From Candidatus Multivoradales bacterium (GTDB taxonomy: Bacteria; Acidobacteriota; Thermoanaerobaculia; Multivoradales; Multivoraceae): a stretch of 64,000 bases of DNA. The notes beneath the pieces are model-generated. The model made no database searches. It was not told the origin of the DNA and saw only the letters and a list, made by a program, of their open reading frames with translations. How positions within the stretch are numbered: position 1 is the first letter of the stretch; every line of letters starts with the position of its first letter. Position numbers and translations under genes: made by a program. The stretch spans positions 1,056,001 to 1,120,000 of the forward strand of contig CBDCWI010000002.1 of the NCBI GenBank assembly GCA_965223325.1, read 5' to 3'. Positions 20,543-29,166 of this stretch are shown piece by piece.

Positions 20543-21088
20543 ATGGCAAGTCGCCGATCGAATGACCCGTTCCAAGCCTTCCGTGATTGGATGGACGGAG
20601 CCGAGCGCCAGCTCAACACGATGATGAACGACGTGATGGAGGGCGAGTCTTTCACTCGTGCCCAGAGTCGCGTGACCGAAACCATGCTCGGCCTTCAAGG
20701 CCAGCTGAACCAGGCGGCACACCGCTACTTCTCGACCCTCAACCTACCGACGAGGACGGACTATCTGAGCCTCGCAGAGCGAGTCGGCGGCATCGAAGAA
20801 CAGCTCGCCACCATCGAGCGCCTGTTGCGTGAACGCGAAGCCGGCGGCGCGAAGACGGGAGCGCGTCCGGCACGCACTCGCAAGGCCCCGTCCGCCAGGA
20901 AGAAGTCGACCAGGAGAAAGCCAGCGGCCAAGAAGAAGGCAGCGAAGAAGAAGACCGCCAAGAAGAAGGCGAAGAAGAAGGCCGCCAAGAAGAAAGTGAA
21001 AAAGAAGGCCGCCAAGAAAAAGACTGCAAGGAAAACGAAGAAGAAGGCCGCAAGAAAGAAAACCGCGCGCAAGTCGTCGCGGCGTTAG
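20543..21088 (+). CDS. phaE: PhaE-like PHA synthase subunit with histone-H1-like C-terminal tail
   Basis: DPFQAFRDW...LNLPTRTD...LAERVGGIEEQL matches short PhaE proteins; directly upstream of phaC; long (KKKAAKKK)n tail; GAGGAG RBS. Confidence 0.72.
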   Translation: MASRRSNDPFQAFRDWMDGAERQLNTMMNDVMEGESFTRAQSRVTETMLGLQGQLNQAAHRYFSTLNLPTRTDYLSLAERVGGIEEQLATIERLLREREAGGAKTGARPARTRKAPSARKKSTRRKPAAKKKAAKKKTAKKKAKKKAAKKKVKKKAAKKKTARKTKKKAARKKTARKSSRR

Positions 21089-21150
21089 GCAGTACCGGAG
21101 ACCTGTTTCACTGGAACTGGTCAACGAGCGAATAGAGCTCGGAGCCTCCC

Positions 21151-22236
21151 ATGAGCGTAGAAGCACCCAGCACCCAGACCGAAGCCCTCGGCGACGTCGT
21201 CCGCCGCGAGATCGAGCGTACCTTGATGCGCGCGCGCGGTGGCCTGCAGTACCTGACGACCGGCGACCCGGTGGTCGGCGCCACCCCCCGCGACGTCATC
21301 TGGAAGCGCGGCACGCTGCAGCTGTACCACTACCACGCACGCACCGACGAGGTGTACCGCACGCCCCTCCTGCTCGTGATGTCGCTGATCAGCAAGCCCT
21401 ACATCCTCGACCTTGCACCGGGCCAGAGCCTGGTCGAGTTCCTGCTCGACTCCGGCTTCGACGTCTACATGATCGACTGGGGCGTACCCCGCCCGGAAGA
21501 CAAGCGCCTGACGCTCGAGAGTTACATCCTCGAGCGCATTCCCGAAGCCATCGAACACGTCCAGGAGCACAGTGGCGAAGAAGACATCTCGATCGCCGGC
21601 TACTGCATGGGCGGCATGCTCTCGGCGATGTACGCCTCGCTGCACCCCGAAGGGCCACTGCGCAACCTCGCCTGCTTCACAACCCCAGTCGACATGGACG
21701 GCATGGGGCTCTTCAAGTCGTGGACCGACCCAAAGCACTTCGACGTCGATCGCATCGCCGATCGCCTGGGCAACGTGCCTCCGGCTCTCCTCTACGCCTC
21801 GTTCAACGCCCTGCGGCCGGCTTCACAGGCGGCCGGCCGCATCAGGCTGTGGGACAACATGTGGAACGACGAGTTCGTCACCTCCTACCGCCGCTTTGAT
21901 CGCTGGGCAGCCGACCAGATCCCCTTCCCCGGCGAGTGCTTTCGCCAGACCACCAAGGAGCTGCAGCAGGAGAACCGCTGGTTCAAGGGCGAGTTCAAGC
22001 TCGATGGTCGTCCGGTGCTGCTCGAGGACATCAAAGTTCCCCTCCTCCACGTCATGGCCGAGCACGATCACATCGTGCCCTATGAGGCCGGCAAACCCCT
22101 GGTACCGCACGCCGGAAGCGACGACAAGGAAGACATCGTGATGAAAGGTGGGCATGTGAGTCTGGTGGCCGGACCGCGTGCCAAGGGTCGCCTGTGGCCG
22201 ACCCTCGAACAGTGGCTCGGGGAACGCTCCGAGTAG
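21151..22236 (+). CDS. phaC: Class III polyhydroxyalkanoate synthase
   Basis: 361 aa; TP..VIW, PYILDL, YMIDWG, lipase box GYCMGG, catalytic Asp (EHDHIVP) and His (GGHVSL). Confidence 0.92.
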   Translation: MSVEAPSTQTEALGDVVRREIERTLMRARGGLQYLTTGDPVVGATPRDVIWKRGTLQLYHYHARTDEVYRTPLLLVMSLISKPYILDLAPGQSLVEFLLDSGFDVYMIDWGVPRPEDKRLTLESYILERIPEAIEHVQEHSGEEDISIAGYCMGGMLSAMYASLHPEGPLRNLACFTTPVDMDGMGLFKSWTDPKHFDVDRIADRLGNVPPALLYASFNALRPASQAAGRIRLWDNMWNDEFVTSYRRFDRWAADQIPFPGECFRQTTKELQQENRWFKGEFKLDGRPVLLEDIKVPLLHVMAEHDHIVPYEAGKPLVPHAGSDDKEDIVMKGGHVSLVAGPRAKGRLWPTLEQWLGERSE

Positions 22237-22299
22237 CCTTGGCACCAAGCAACGAGCACACTGAGAACGTTGGCAACATTTTCGAACGAGAGGCATGGA

Positions 22300-22908
22300 A
22301 TGAGTAGCGGCACCCAGCAGACCAGCGACCTTCCGCGACGCGTTGAAGTCGGCAGCGAGGAGGTCGAGTTCCGCCTGATGACGCGCCAGGACAAGGACGC
22401 AATGCTCGAGTTCGCGCGCGCCCTCCCCCGCCACGACCTGCTCTTCCTGCGCCGTGACATCACCCAGCCGGAGGTCGTCGAAGCCTGGGGAGACGAGATC
22501 GAGCAGGGAATCCTGTCGACCATTCTGGCGGTCGCCGGAGACGGCTCGCGGGTTCTCGGCTACGCCACACTGCACCGCTCCGACCTACGATGGTCGGCGC
22601 ACGTCGCAGAACTGCGGATCGCGGTAGCCGAGGAAACTCGGCGCAGTGGCCTCGGCCGACTGCTCACCCAGGAGATCTTCCGCCGCGCCCTCGAGCTCGG
22701 CGTCGAGAAGATGGTCGCCCGCATGACGCTCGACCAAAAGGGTGCGATCTCGGTGTTCGAGAGCCTTGGCTTTCGCCCGGAGGCACTGATGCGCGACCAC
22801 GTCAAGGATCTCGACGGCCGCGCCCACGACCTGGTGGTGATGAGCCTGGCGGTCGCCGAGTTTCACAACACGCTCGACGCCTACGGGGTTTCGGAGGCTC
22901 TGACCTAG
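22300..22908 (+). CDS. GNAT N-acetyltransferase (paralog 2)
   Basis: RRSGLG; FESLGF; shares DLxFLRxDITQ and HDLVVMS with the GNAT at 16623. Confidence 0.9.
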   Translation: MSSGTQQTSDLPRRVEVGSEEVEFRLMTRQDKDAMLEFARALPRHDLLFLRRDITQPEVVEAWGDEIEQGILSTILAVAGDGSRVLGYATLHRSDLRWSAHVAELRIAVAEETRRSGLGRLLTQEIFRRALELGVEKMVARMTLDQKGAISVFESLGFRPEALMRDHVKDLDGRAHDLVVMSLAVAEFHNTLDAYGVSEALT

Positions 22909-23173
22909 GTTCGAAAGCCGGGCAAATTACAAGTTTTGCTAGAATATTGATGTGCGATGCGATCGAAATCGCAATCTCGCAGAACGGCGCAGAATCCATG
23001 CACAGTGGGCTCGAACGCCCAAACGGCCCCCACCTATCGAGGCTCATCGATTGACCCTCACCGAGGAGCCCCGGTACCTTTCGGCCCAGATCCCCACCCC
23101 TAGAAGGCCTCCACAGACCGTACGACCGATTCGCTTTCGATACCCCTTCGGCTCCGCGCAGAAAGGCCACCCC

Positions 23174-24049
23174 TTGACCGACAACCCAGAGAAACCGGCT
23201 GAGGCTGGACCGACTCCTCCGTCTCGGCTGCTGGCGCTCTCGGAAGGCCGCGCGCTCCTCGAACTAGGGTGGTTCTTCCAGAACTTGCCCCTTCTCGGGA
23301 CCGCCCCCAAGGGTAACGGTCATCCGGTTCTGGTCCTGCCTGGCTTCCTCGCCTCGGATCTGTCGACGGCTCTCATGCGGCGCTATCTCAAGAGCCGCGG
23401 CTACCGGGTGCACGCCTGGAAACTGGGGCGCAACCTCGGTCTACGACCGGGTGTCGAAACCCGGCTGGTCCGTCGCCTGCGCTCGACCTACTGGCAGTCG
23501 GGCGAGAGGGTCAGCATCGTCGGCTGGAGCCTCGGCGGCATCTATGCCCGCGAGCTTGCCCGCCGTCACCCCGAGATGGTGCGCCAGGTCATCACCCTGG
23601 GCAGCCCATTCAATCTCTCTTCAGAGGCGAACCACGCCTTCGCGCTCTACAAGATGTTGCAGCGCCCGACGGATATCGCCGTCCACGAAGAAATGTTCCG
23701 CCGCCTGCGCGACCCGCTTCCGGTTCCAGCCACCGCCGTCTACAGCCGTACCGACGGCGTGGTGGCGTGGGAGTGCTGCCTCGACACCGCCAGCGCCATC
23801 GCCGAGAACGTCGAGGTCTTCGGCAGCCACTGTGGCCTGGGCCACAACCCCATGGCGCTGTGGGTGGTCGCCGACCGCCTCGCACAAAGCCAGGAGAACT
23901 GGCAGCCCTTCGAGCGCCGCGGCGTCTTGAGCCTGCTCTACCGCGAAGCTCCAGCGAGTGCCGAAGAGGCCCTCGAAGCGCCTCATGAGTCGACCCTCGG
24001 CTGGCTGCGCGATCGGCTCGAAGCAACCCGCGTGGCTCTTGCCAGCTAG
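23174..24049 (+). CDS. Alpha/beta hydrolase (lipase/esterase)
   Basis: PVLVLPGF, GWSLGG nucleophile elbow, SRTDGVV, SHCGL; TTG start after GAAAGG. Confidence 0.88.
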   Translation: MTDNPEKPAEAGPTPPSRLLALSEGRALLELGWFFQNLPLLGTAPKGNGHPVLVLPGFLASDLSTALMRRYLKSRGYRVHAWKLGRNLGLRPGVETRLVRRLRSTYWQSGERVSIVGWSLGGIYARELARRHPEMVRQVITLGSPFNLSSEANHAFALYKMLQRPTDIAVHEEMFRRLRDPLPVPATAVYSRTDGVVAWECCLDTASAIAENVEVFGSHCGLGHNPMALWVVADRLAQSQENWQPFERRGVLSLLYREAPASAEEALEAPHESTLGWLRDRLEATRVALAS

Positions 24050-24198
24050 GGCCGCCACCGCGCGGCCGTCTAGAGAACCTGGCGCATAACGACCGACGAG
24101 CCGTGACCGCCCACGGCGGAGGACCGGCGCCGCGCCATCTGGCAGCGCCGGGAACCGAACCCGCACCTCGCCAGTCTGAAGGCGATGGAGGACCCACC

Positions 24199-25539
24199 AT
24201 GGCCAGACTGCGCCCGAAGCACATCGCACTTCTCGTAGCGCTTCCTTACTTCGTCCTTTTCCTTCCCGCCCCGCTTGCGAGTCAAGATCTCGAAATCACC
24301 GGTGCCACTCTGCTGGATCCGGCGACCCAGCTGGAGACCGAGGCAACCCTGTGGATCCGTGCCGGCAAGATCGTCGCTGTGGGCGGGCCCACACCGGCGG
24401 ACTGGAGAGGCGCAACGCTTGACGCCCGTGGTAAGTGGGTGATTCCCGGGCTTCGTGACTTTCACGTGCACACGCTCTCGAACCGCGCCTTCGACGAACG
24501 CGAGCACCCCAACACGACTGGCATCGCCAAGCGCGCTCTATATGCCGGCGTGTTCGGTTTTCTCGATCTGATGCACACCGAAAAGTACGTCCTGGACCTC
24601 CGAGACCAACAGCGCGAGAACCCCAATGAGGTTCCGGGTGCCGAAATCTTCGCAGCAGGCTCGGCCTTCACGGCACCAGATGGCAGCCGGCGCCAGAACT
24701 ACCGGCCCGTACGCCTGGTGACGACCCCCGACGAGGCACACGCCGCGGTGGTCGAATACGCCGTGAAGAATCCCGATGTCATCAAGGTCATCTACCAGCC
24801 GATGACCGACGAAGAGCGAGAGAAGAGTTGGCGACCGCCGCCGCCCTCGATCGACAAGCGGAGCCTCGCGGCACTTCTAGCGGCAGCCCAGGAGCATGAC
24901 CTTCGCACCGTCGTGCACGTGCGTACCTGGGGGAACGTGGCCGATGCCGTCGAAGCGGGAGCGTCGGCAATCACGCATGTGCCCGATGCCGGGGTCGTCC
25001 CGGCACCGGTCCTGGCTGCGATGCGCGCGCAGGAGACCGCAGTCATACCGACGCTATCCGTGGCAGACCCGGCGCTCATCATCCAACCCGAGCTGCTGAA
25101 CTCGCCCCTTGCACGAGCCGTCACCAGTGGCGAGATTCTCGACTCCTACAAGAGCCAGGACCCTGGAGGACCGCTCGCTCGGGGACTCTCCCGAGCGCAG
25201 GCAACGCGCTTCGAGACGATCCGCCAGTTTAGAGAAGCCGGAGTGCCGATCGTTGCTGGGACCGACGCCGGAAACCCGCTCACCCTGCACGGCTACTCGC
25301 TACACCGAGAGCTCGAGCTCTACGTCGAGGCAGGCCTCTCCACGTGGGAGGCGCTGGCAACCGCAACCGTCAACGCCGGACGATTCGTCGGACGCAGGTG
25401 GGGACTGTCGGTCGGCGACGAGGGATCCGTACTGGTGCTCAACAGTTCGCCGGTAGAGAGGATCACCAACACGCAGGACATCGCGGCCATCGTGCAACGC
25501 GGTGAACTCGTAGCGCGCGAAGAGCTTCTCGACCAGTAG
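24199..25539 (+). CDS. Secreted amidohydrolase family protein
   Basis: Signal peptide; PGLRDFHVH; VIK; VVH; ITH; AGTDAG; ATATVNAG. Confidence 0.9.
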   Translation: MARLRPKHIALLVALPYFVLFLPAPLASQDLEITGATLLDPATQLETEATLWIRAGKIVAVGGPTPADWRGATLDARGKWVIPGLRDFHVHTLSNRAFDEREHPNTTGIAKRALYAGVFGFLDLMHTEKYVLDLRDQQRENPNEVPGAEIFAAGSAFTAPDGSRRQNYRPVRLVTTPDEAHAAVVEYAVKNPDVIKVIYQPMTDEEREKSWRPPPPSIDKRSLAALLAAAQEHDLRTVVHVRTWGNVADAVEAGASAITHVPDAGVVPAPVLAAMRAQETAVIPTLSVADPALIIQPELLNSPLARAVTSGEILDSYKSQDPGGPLARGLSRAQATRFETIRQFREAGVPIVAGTDAGNPLTLHGYSLHRELELYVEAGLSTWEALATATVNAGRFVGRRWGLSVGDEGSVLVLNSSPVERITNTQDIAAIVQRGELVAREELLDQ

Positions 25540-25631
25540 CCGTCGCGAAGCGCCAGCCAGGCTTGCTTAGACGCCAAACGAACGGTGGGTCCCGGGCCCG
25601 GGACTCGAGCGAGCGAAGCGAGCAAGCGACT

Positions 25632-27012
25632 CCTGCCCAACCGGATCGCGCTCGGCATAGGCCGCAGAAACACCCCAAGCGCTAGACAAGGGTTCCAACG
25701 AAGCCTAGAATCCGCCGCGCGCGACGAAACGTCGCAGGCCGATGACACGACTGCAGGGCGGCCGCGCCGGAATACGGCCCGCGCAGCGGACCGCTTGCGC
25801 GGCAGATGTAACGTCTAGCGACCCCGTGGTAACGACGTCACCCGGACACGACGCCACAACCCCGACACTAGATCCCGCCCAACCCGATCGCGCCCCACAT
25901 AGGCCGCAGAAACACCCCAAGCGCTAGACAAGGGTTCCAACGAAGCCTAGAATCCGCCGCGCGCGACGAAACGTCGCAGGCCGATGACACGACTGCAGGG
26001 CGGCCGCGCCGGAATACGGCCCGCGCAGCGGACCGCTTGCGCGGCAGATGTGACGTCTAGCGACCCCGTGGTAACGACGTCACCCGGACACGACGCCACA
26101 ACCCCGACACTAGATCCCGCCCAACCCGATCGCGCCCCACAAAGGCCGCTGAAACAACCGCAAGCGCTAGACAAGGGTTCCAACGAAGCCTAGAATCCGC
26201 CGCGCGCGACGAAACGTCGCAGGCCGATGACACGACTGCAGGGCGGCCGCGCCGGAATACGGCCCGCGCAGCGGACCGCTTGCGCGGCAGATGTGACGTC
26301 TAGCGACCCCGTGGTAACGACGTCACCCGGACACGACGCCACAACCCCGACACTAGATCCCGCCCAACCCGATCGCGCCCCACAAAGGCCGCTGAAACAA
26401 CCGCAAGCGCTAGACAAGGGTTCCAACGAAGCCTAGAATCCGCCGCGCGCGACGAAACGTCGCAGGCCGATGACACGACTGCAGGGCGGCCGCGCCGGAA
26501 TACGGCCCGCGCAGCGGACCGCTTGCGCGGCAGATGTGACGTCTAGCGACCCCGTGGTAACGACGTCACCCGGACACGACGCCACAACCCCGACACTAGA
26601 TCCCGCCCAACCCGATCGCGCCCCACAAAGGCCGCAGAAACAACCGGTTCCAACGGAGCCTAGAATACGGCCCGCGCAATCGTCACCCGGACACGACGCC
26701 ACAACCCCGACACTAGATCCCGCCCAACCCGATCGCGCCCCACAAAGGCCGCTGAAACAACCGCAAGCGCTAGACAAGGGTTCCAACGGAGCCTAGAATC
26801 CGCCGCGCGCGACGAAACGTCGCAGGCCGATGACACGACTGCAGGGCGGCCGCGCCGGAATACGGCCCGCGCAGCGGACCGCTTGCGCGGCAGATGTGAC
26901 GTCTAGCGACCCCGTGGTAACGACGTCACCCGGACACGACGCCACAACCCCGACACTAGATCCCGCCCAACCCGATCGCGCCCCACAAAGGCCGCAACCA
27001 CGGGGTCGCTAG
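25632..27012. repeat. Tandem array 2: ~5 x 243-bp units plus a 117-bp deleted unit, ending in an inverted CTAG arm
   Basis: CTAGAATCCGCC at 25705, 25947, 26190, 26433 and 26793; CTAGCGACCCCGTGG in each full unit; reverse complement CCACGGGGTCGCTAG at 26998-27012. Confidence 0.95.
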
Positions 27013-27788
27013 ACAATGGTCCAGCCGCCGTCGACGGCGATTGTCTGGCCGGTGACGTAGCTCGACGCATCCGAAGCGAGAAAAAGGAGGGCACCGTTGA
27101 GCTCGTGGGGCTCGCCGGCGCGCCCCATGGGAGTGCGCTTTCGTATCCAGGTTTTGCCGGTGTCGCTGTCGAACATCTCGCTGGTCATCTCGGAACGAAA
27201 CCAGCCGGGAGCGATCGAGTTCACCCGGATTCCACGCCGCGCCCATTGGGCCGCAAGCTCACGGGTCATGTTGACGACACCCGCCTTCGAGGCCGTGTAG
27301 GACGCCTGGGGAATCTGCCCAGCGCCAACGAAACCGAGAATCGAAGCGATGTTGATGATCGAGCCCGTCCGGGCGTCTTCTGCATACTGGCGCAACATCT
27401 CCTGCGCTGCCCGCCTCACGCACAAGAAGACCCCGGTGAGGTTGACGCCCACCACATGCTCGAAGGTCTCGCGGGTCTCGAGCTCAGCGGGCATTGGCGC
27501 CGAGACGCCGGCGTTGCTGACCAATACGTCGAGTCGGCCCCAGGTGTCGATGGTTTGCCGAACCATCGCATCGATCTGCTCTTCGTCGACGACGTCGCAG
27601 GCGATGGCCATGACCTCCGCGCCGCCCTCCCGCAGGCGACCGGCCAGTTGCTCGAGGCGATCCAGGCGGCGCGCTGCCACCACCACCCGAGCTCCCGCGC
27701 CGGCGAGCGTCTCGGCGAAGGCCACTCCGAGGCCCGAGGAAGCGCCCGTCACGATGGCGACGCGCTCGTCGAGCCGAAAGTTGTCCAC
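27009..27788 (-). CDS. Short-chain dehydrogenase/reductase
   Basis: TGASSGLG, SNAG, YTASK, NSIAPG, VDGG. Confidence 0.95.
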   Translation of the reverse strand: MDNFRLDERVAIVTGASSGLGVAFAETLAGAGARVVVAARRLDRLEQLAGRLREGGAEVMAIACDVVDEEQIDAMVRQTIDTWGRLDVLVSNAGVSAPMPAELETRETFEHVVGVNLTGVFLCVRRAAQEMLRQYAEDARTGSIINIASILGFVGAGQIPQASYTASKAGVVNMTRELAAQWARRGIRVNSIAPGWFRSEMTSEMFDSDTGKTWIRKRTPMGRAGEPHELNGALLFLASDASSYVTGQTIAVDGGWTIV

Positions 27789-28474
27789 TAGCGCTGTTCA
27801 GGAGGTGAGGGGAAGGCGAACCGCACCAGGGTCGCCCCGGTTTGGCTCTCGACAATCGAAACCTCCGCGCCACTGGCGCGCGCCGCACCAACCGAGGCCG
27901 CCAGCTCGGGAACCGTGTCGACGTCGGCACCGGCGCGCAGACCGCCGTCGACCAGCGGCAGGGGGGCCGCGATGTCGATTGCCGCACCCTCGCTACCATC
28001 CGCCGTTTCGATGTCCCCGACCTGCACGAACAAGGCGTGGTTCTCGGGAGCTGTCTCGACTGCTTGACGACAAAGGCTCATGACCGCTCGAAAGAGCGGA
28101 GCCGAGGCCCCCCAGGCCAACCGGACCTGTGGCGGGTACTGCGCGTTGATCACCACCCCGTCGGCGAACAACACTTCACGGCGTTTCTGCAACCCCTTGA
28201 CGAGATACTTGAGGTCGATCACGACGCGCTCACCGACGCCCGAGGTGCTCTGCTGACTGAGCACGTCCACGACGTTGATGGCGGTGTGCGTACCCTGGAC
28301 GATCGAATCGAGCATTCCGATCGCCGTTTCATCCAGACGACTGCGGTCGAGCAGCTCAGCGTTGAGCAGTACCTGGGCAAAGATGTTGTTGAGGTGATGA
28401 GCGGCGCCAGCGACCTGAAGGCCAAACGATTCGCGGTCGTCCTCGAGGTTCTGGGCTTGCGGCTGGTCGGTCAT
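27788..28474 (-). CDS. Degenerate histidine-kinase-fold protein (possible phosphotransferase)
   Basis: H-box-like GAAHHLNNIF, then a HATPase-like fold lacking N, G1 and G2 boxes; stop overlaps the SDR start. Confidence 0.6.
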   Translation of the reverse strand: MTDQPQAQNLEDDRESFGLQVAGAAHHLNNIFAQVLLNAELLDRSRLDETAIGMLDSIVQGTHTAINVVDVLSQQSTSGVGERVVIDLKYLVKGLQKRREVLFADGVVINAQYPPQVRLAWGASAPLFRAVMSLCRQAVETAPENHALFVQVGDIETADGSEGAAIDIAAPLPLVDGGLRAGADVDTVPELAASVGAARASGAEVSIVESQTGATLVRFAFPSPPEQR

Positions 28475-28666
28475 GGGGCTCCCATCCGATTTCGGCGCGG
28501 CATCTCAGTCCGATCCAACTCCAGGAGAACAACCCGAAATGGTTGATTTCCCAGGCGAGGTAGACACCCACCGTGTGCGCCGATCAAAGATTCAGTGGAC
28601 TTCGAACATATTACAAAAACTCCCTCTTCAACACTTTTTGGGCCACTGTCCCAGGCAGAGGGACCC

Positions 28667-29136
28667 TCAGGGCTTCCGCGGTGACCGTAGGCGAACGACG
28701 CGCGCACCCCGGCCACCGAGCCGCTTCGGCGCTTCGACGTGCTCGGCAACGAGGCCATGTCGGTCGAGAATCGCCTCCACACTCCGCGCCAAGACGGCAG
28801 TGCCCTTGCCGTGTACCACCAACAGGTCCCGGAGGTCGTCGCTCTTCGCGCTCTCGAGAAAGCGCAGGAGGGCGTCTCGCGCTTCTTGGCGGGTTTTCCC
28901 ATGCAGATCGATCGTGGCGGCGACTGTGAAATCGCGGCGGCGAATGTGCTTATCGAGTCTTGGACCCCCGCGCTCGCCCGCTTCCCTTCGGCCGCCACGC
29001 CGCGCGCCTGGCGGCTCGCCGCCCTCGAACTTCTGCTTGCGGGCGGCCGATCTGGAAGCACCGAGGGACTCGACGCCCGCTCGAAAAACTCGCGCTCGCT
29101 CAACTCCTCGGGTTCATCTGAACCTGCTGCGCTCAA
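28667..29136 (-). CDS. Smr/MutS2 C-terminal domain endonuclease; 1-nt frameshift near 29075 (not in ORF track)
   Basis: Manual translation gives TIDLHGKTRQEARDALLRFLESAKSDDLRDLLVVHGKGTAVL...APKRLGGRGARVVRL. The N-terminus SEREFFERA joins VESLG if one G is restored. Confidence 0.82.
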
Positions 29137-29166
29137 GAGCGCCCGCCTGGCCCGCCAGGGATCATC

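Noticed and set aside
15610-27012. Tandem arrays as CRISPR arrays
   Set aside because: Units are 243-254 bp, the variable parts are homologous to each other rather than unique spacers, and no cas genes are present.
25705-27012. Repeated 61-117 aa ORFs in array 2 as peptide genes
   Set aside because: By-products of the DNA repeat on both strands; C-termini vary with 1-nt indels; no recognisable motif.
27009-27788. SDR as the missing PhaB
   Set aside because: Lacks PhaB-typical TGGxGGIG and GQTNY motifs and is separated from the pha genes.
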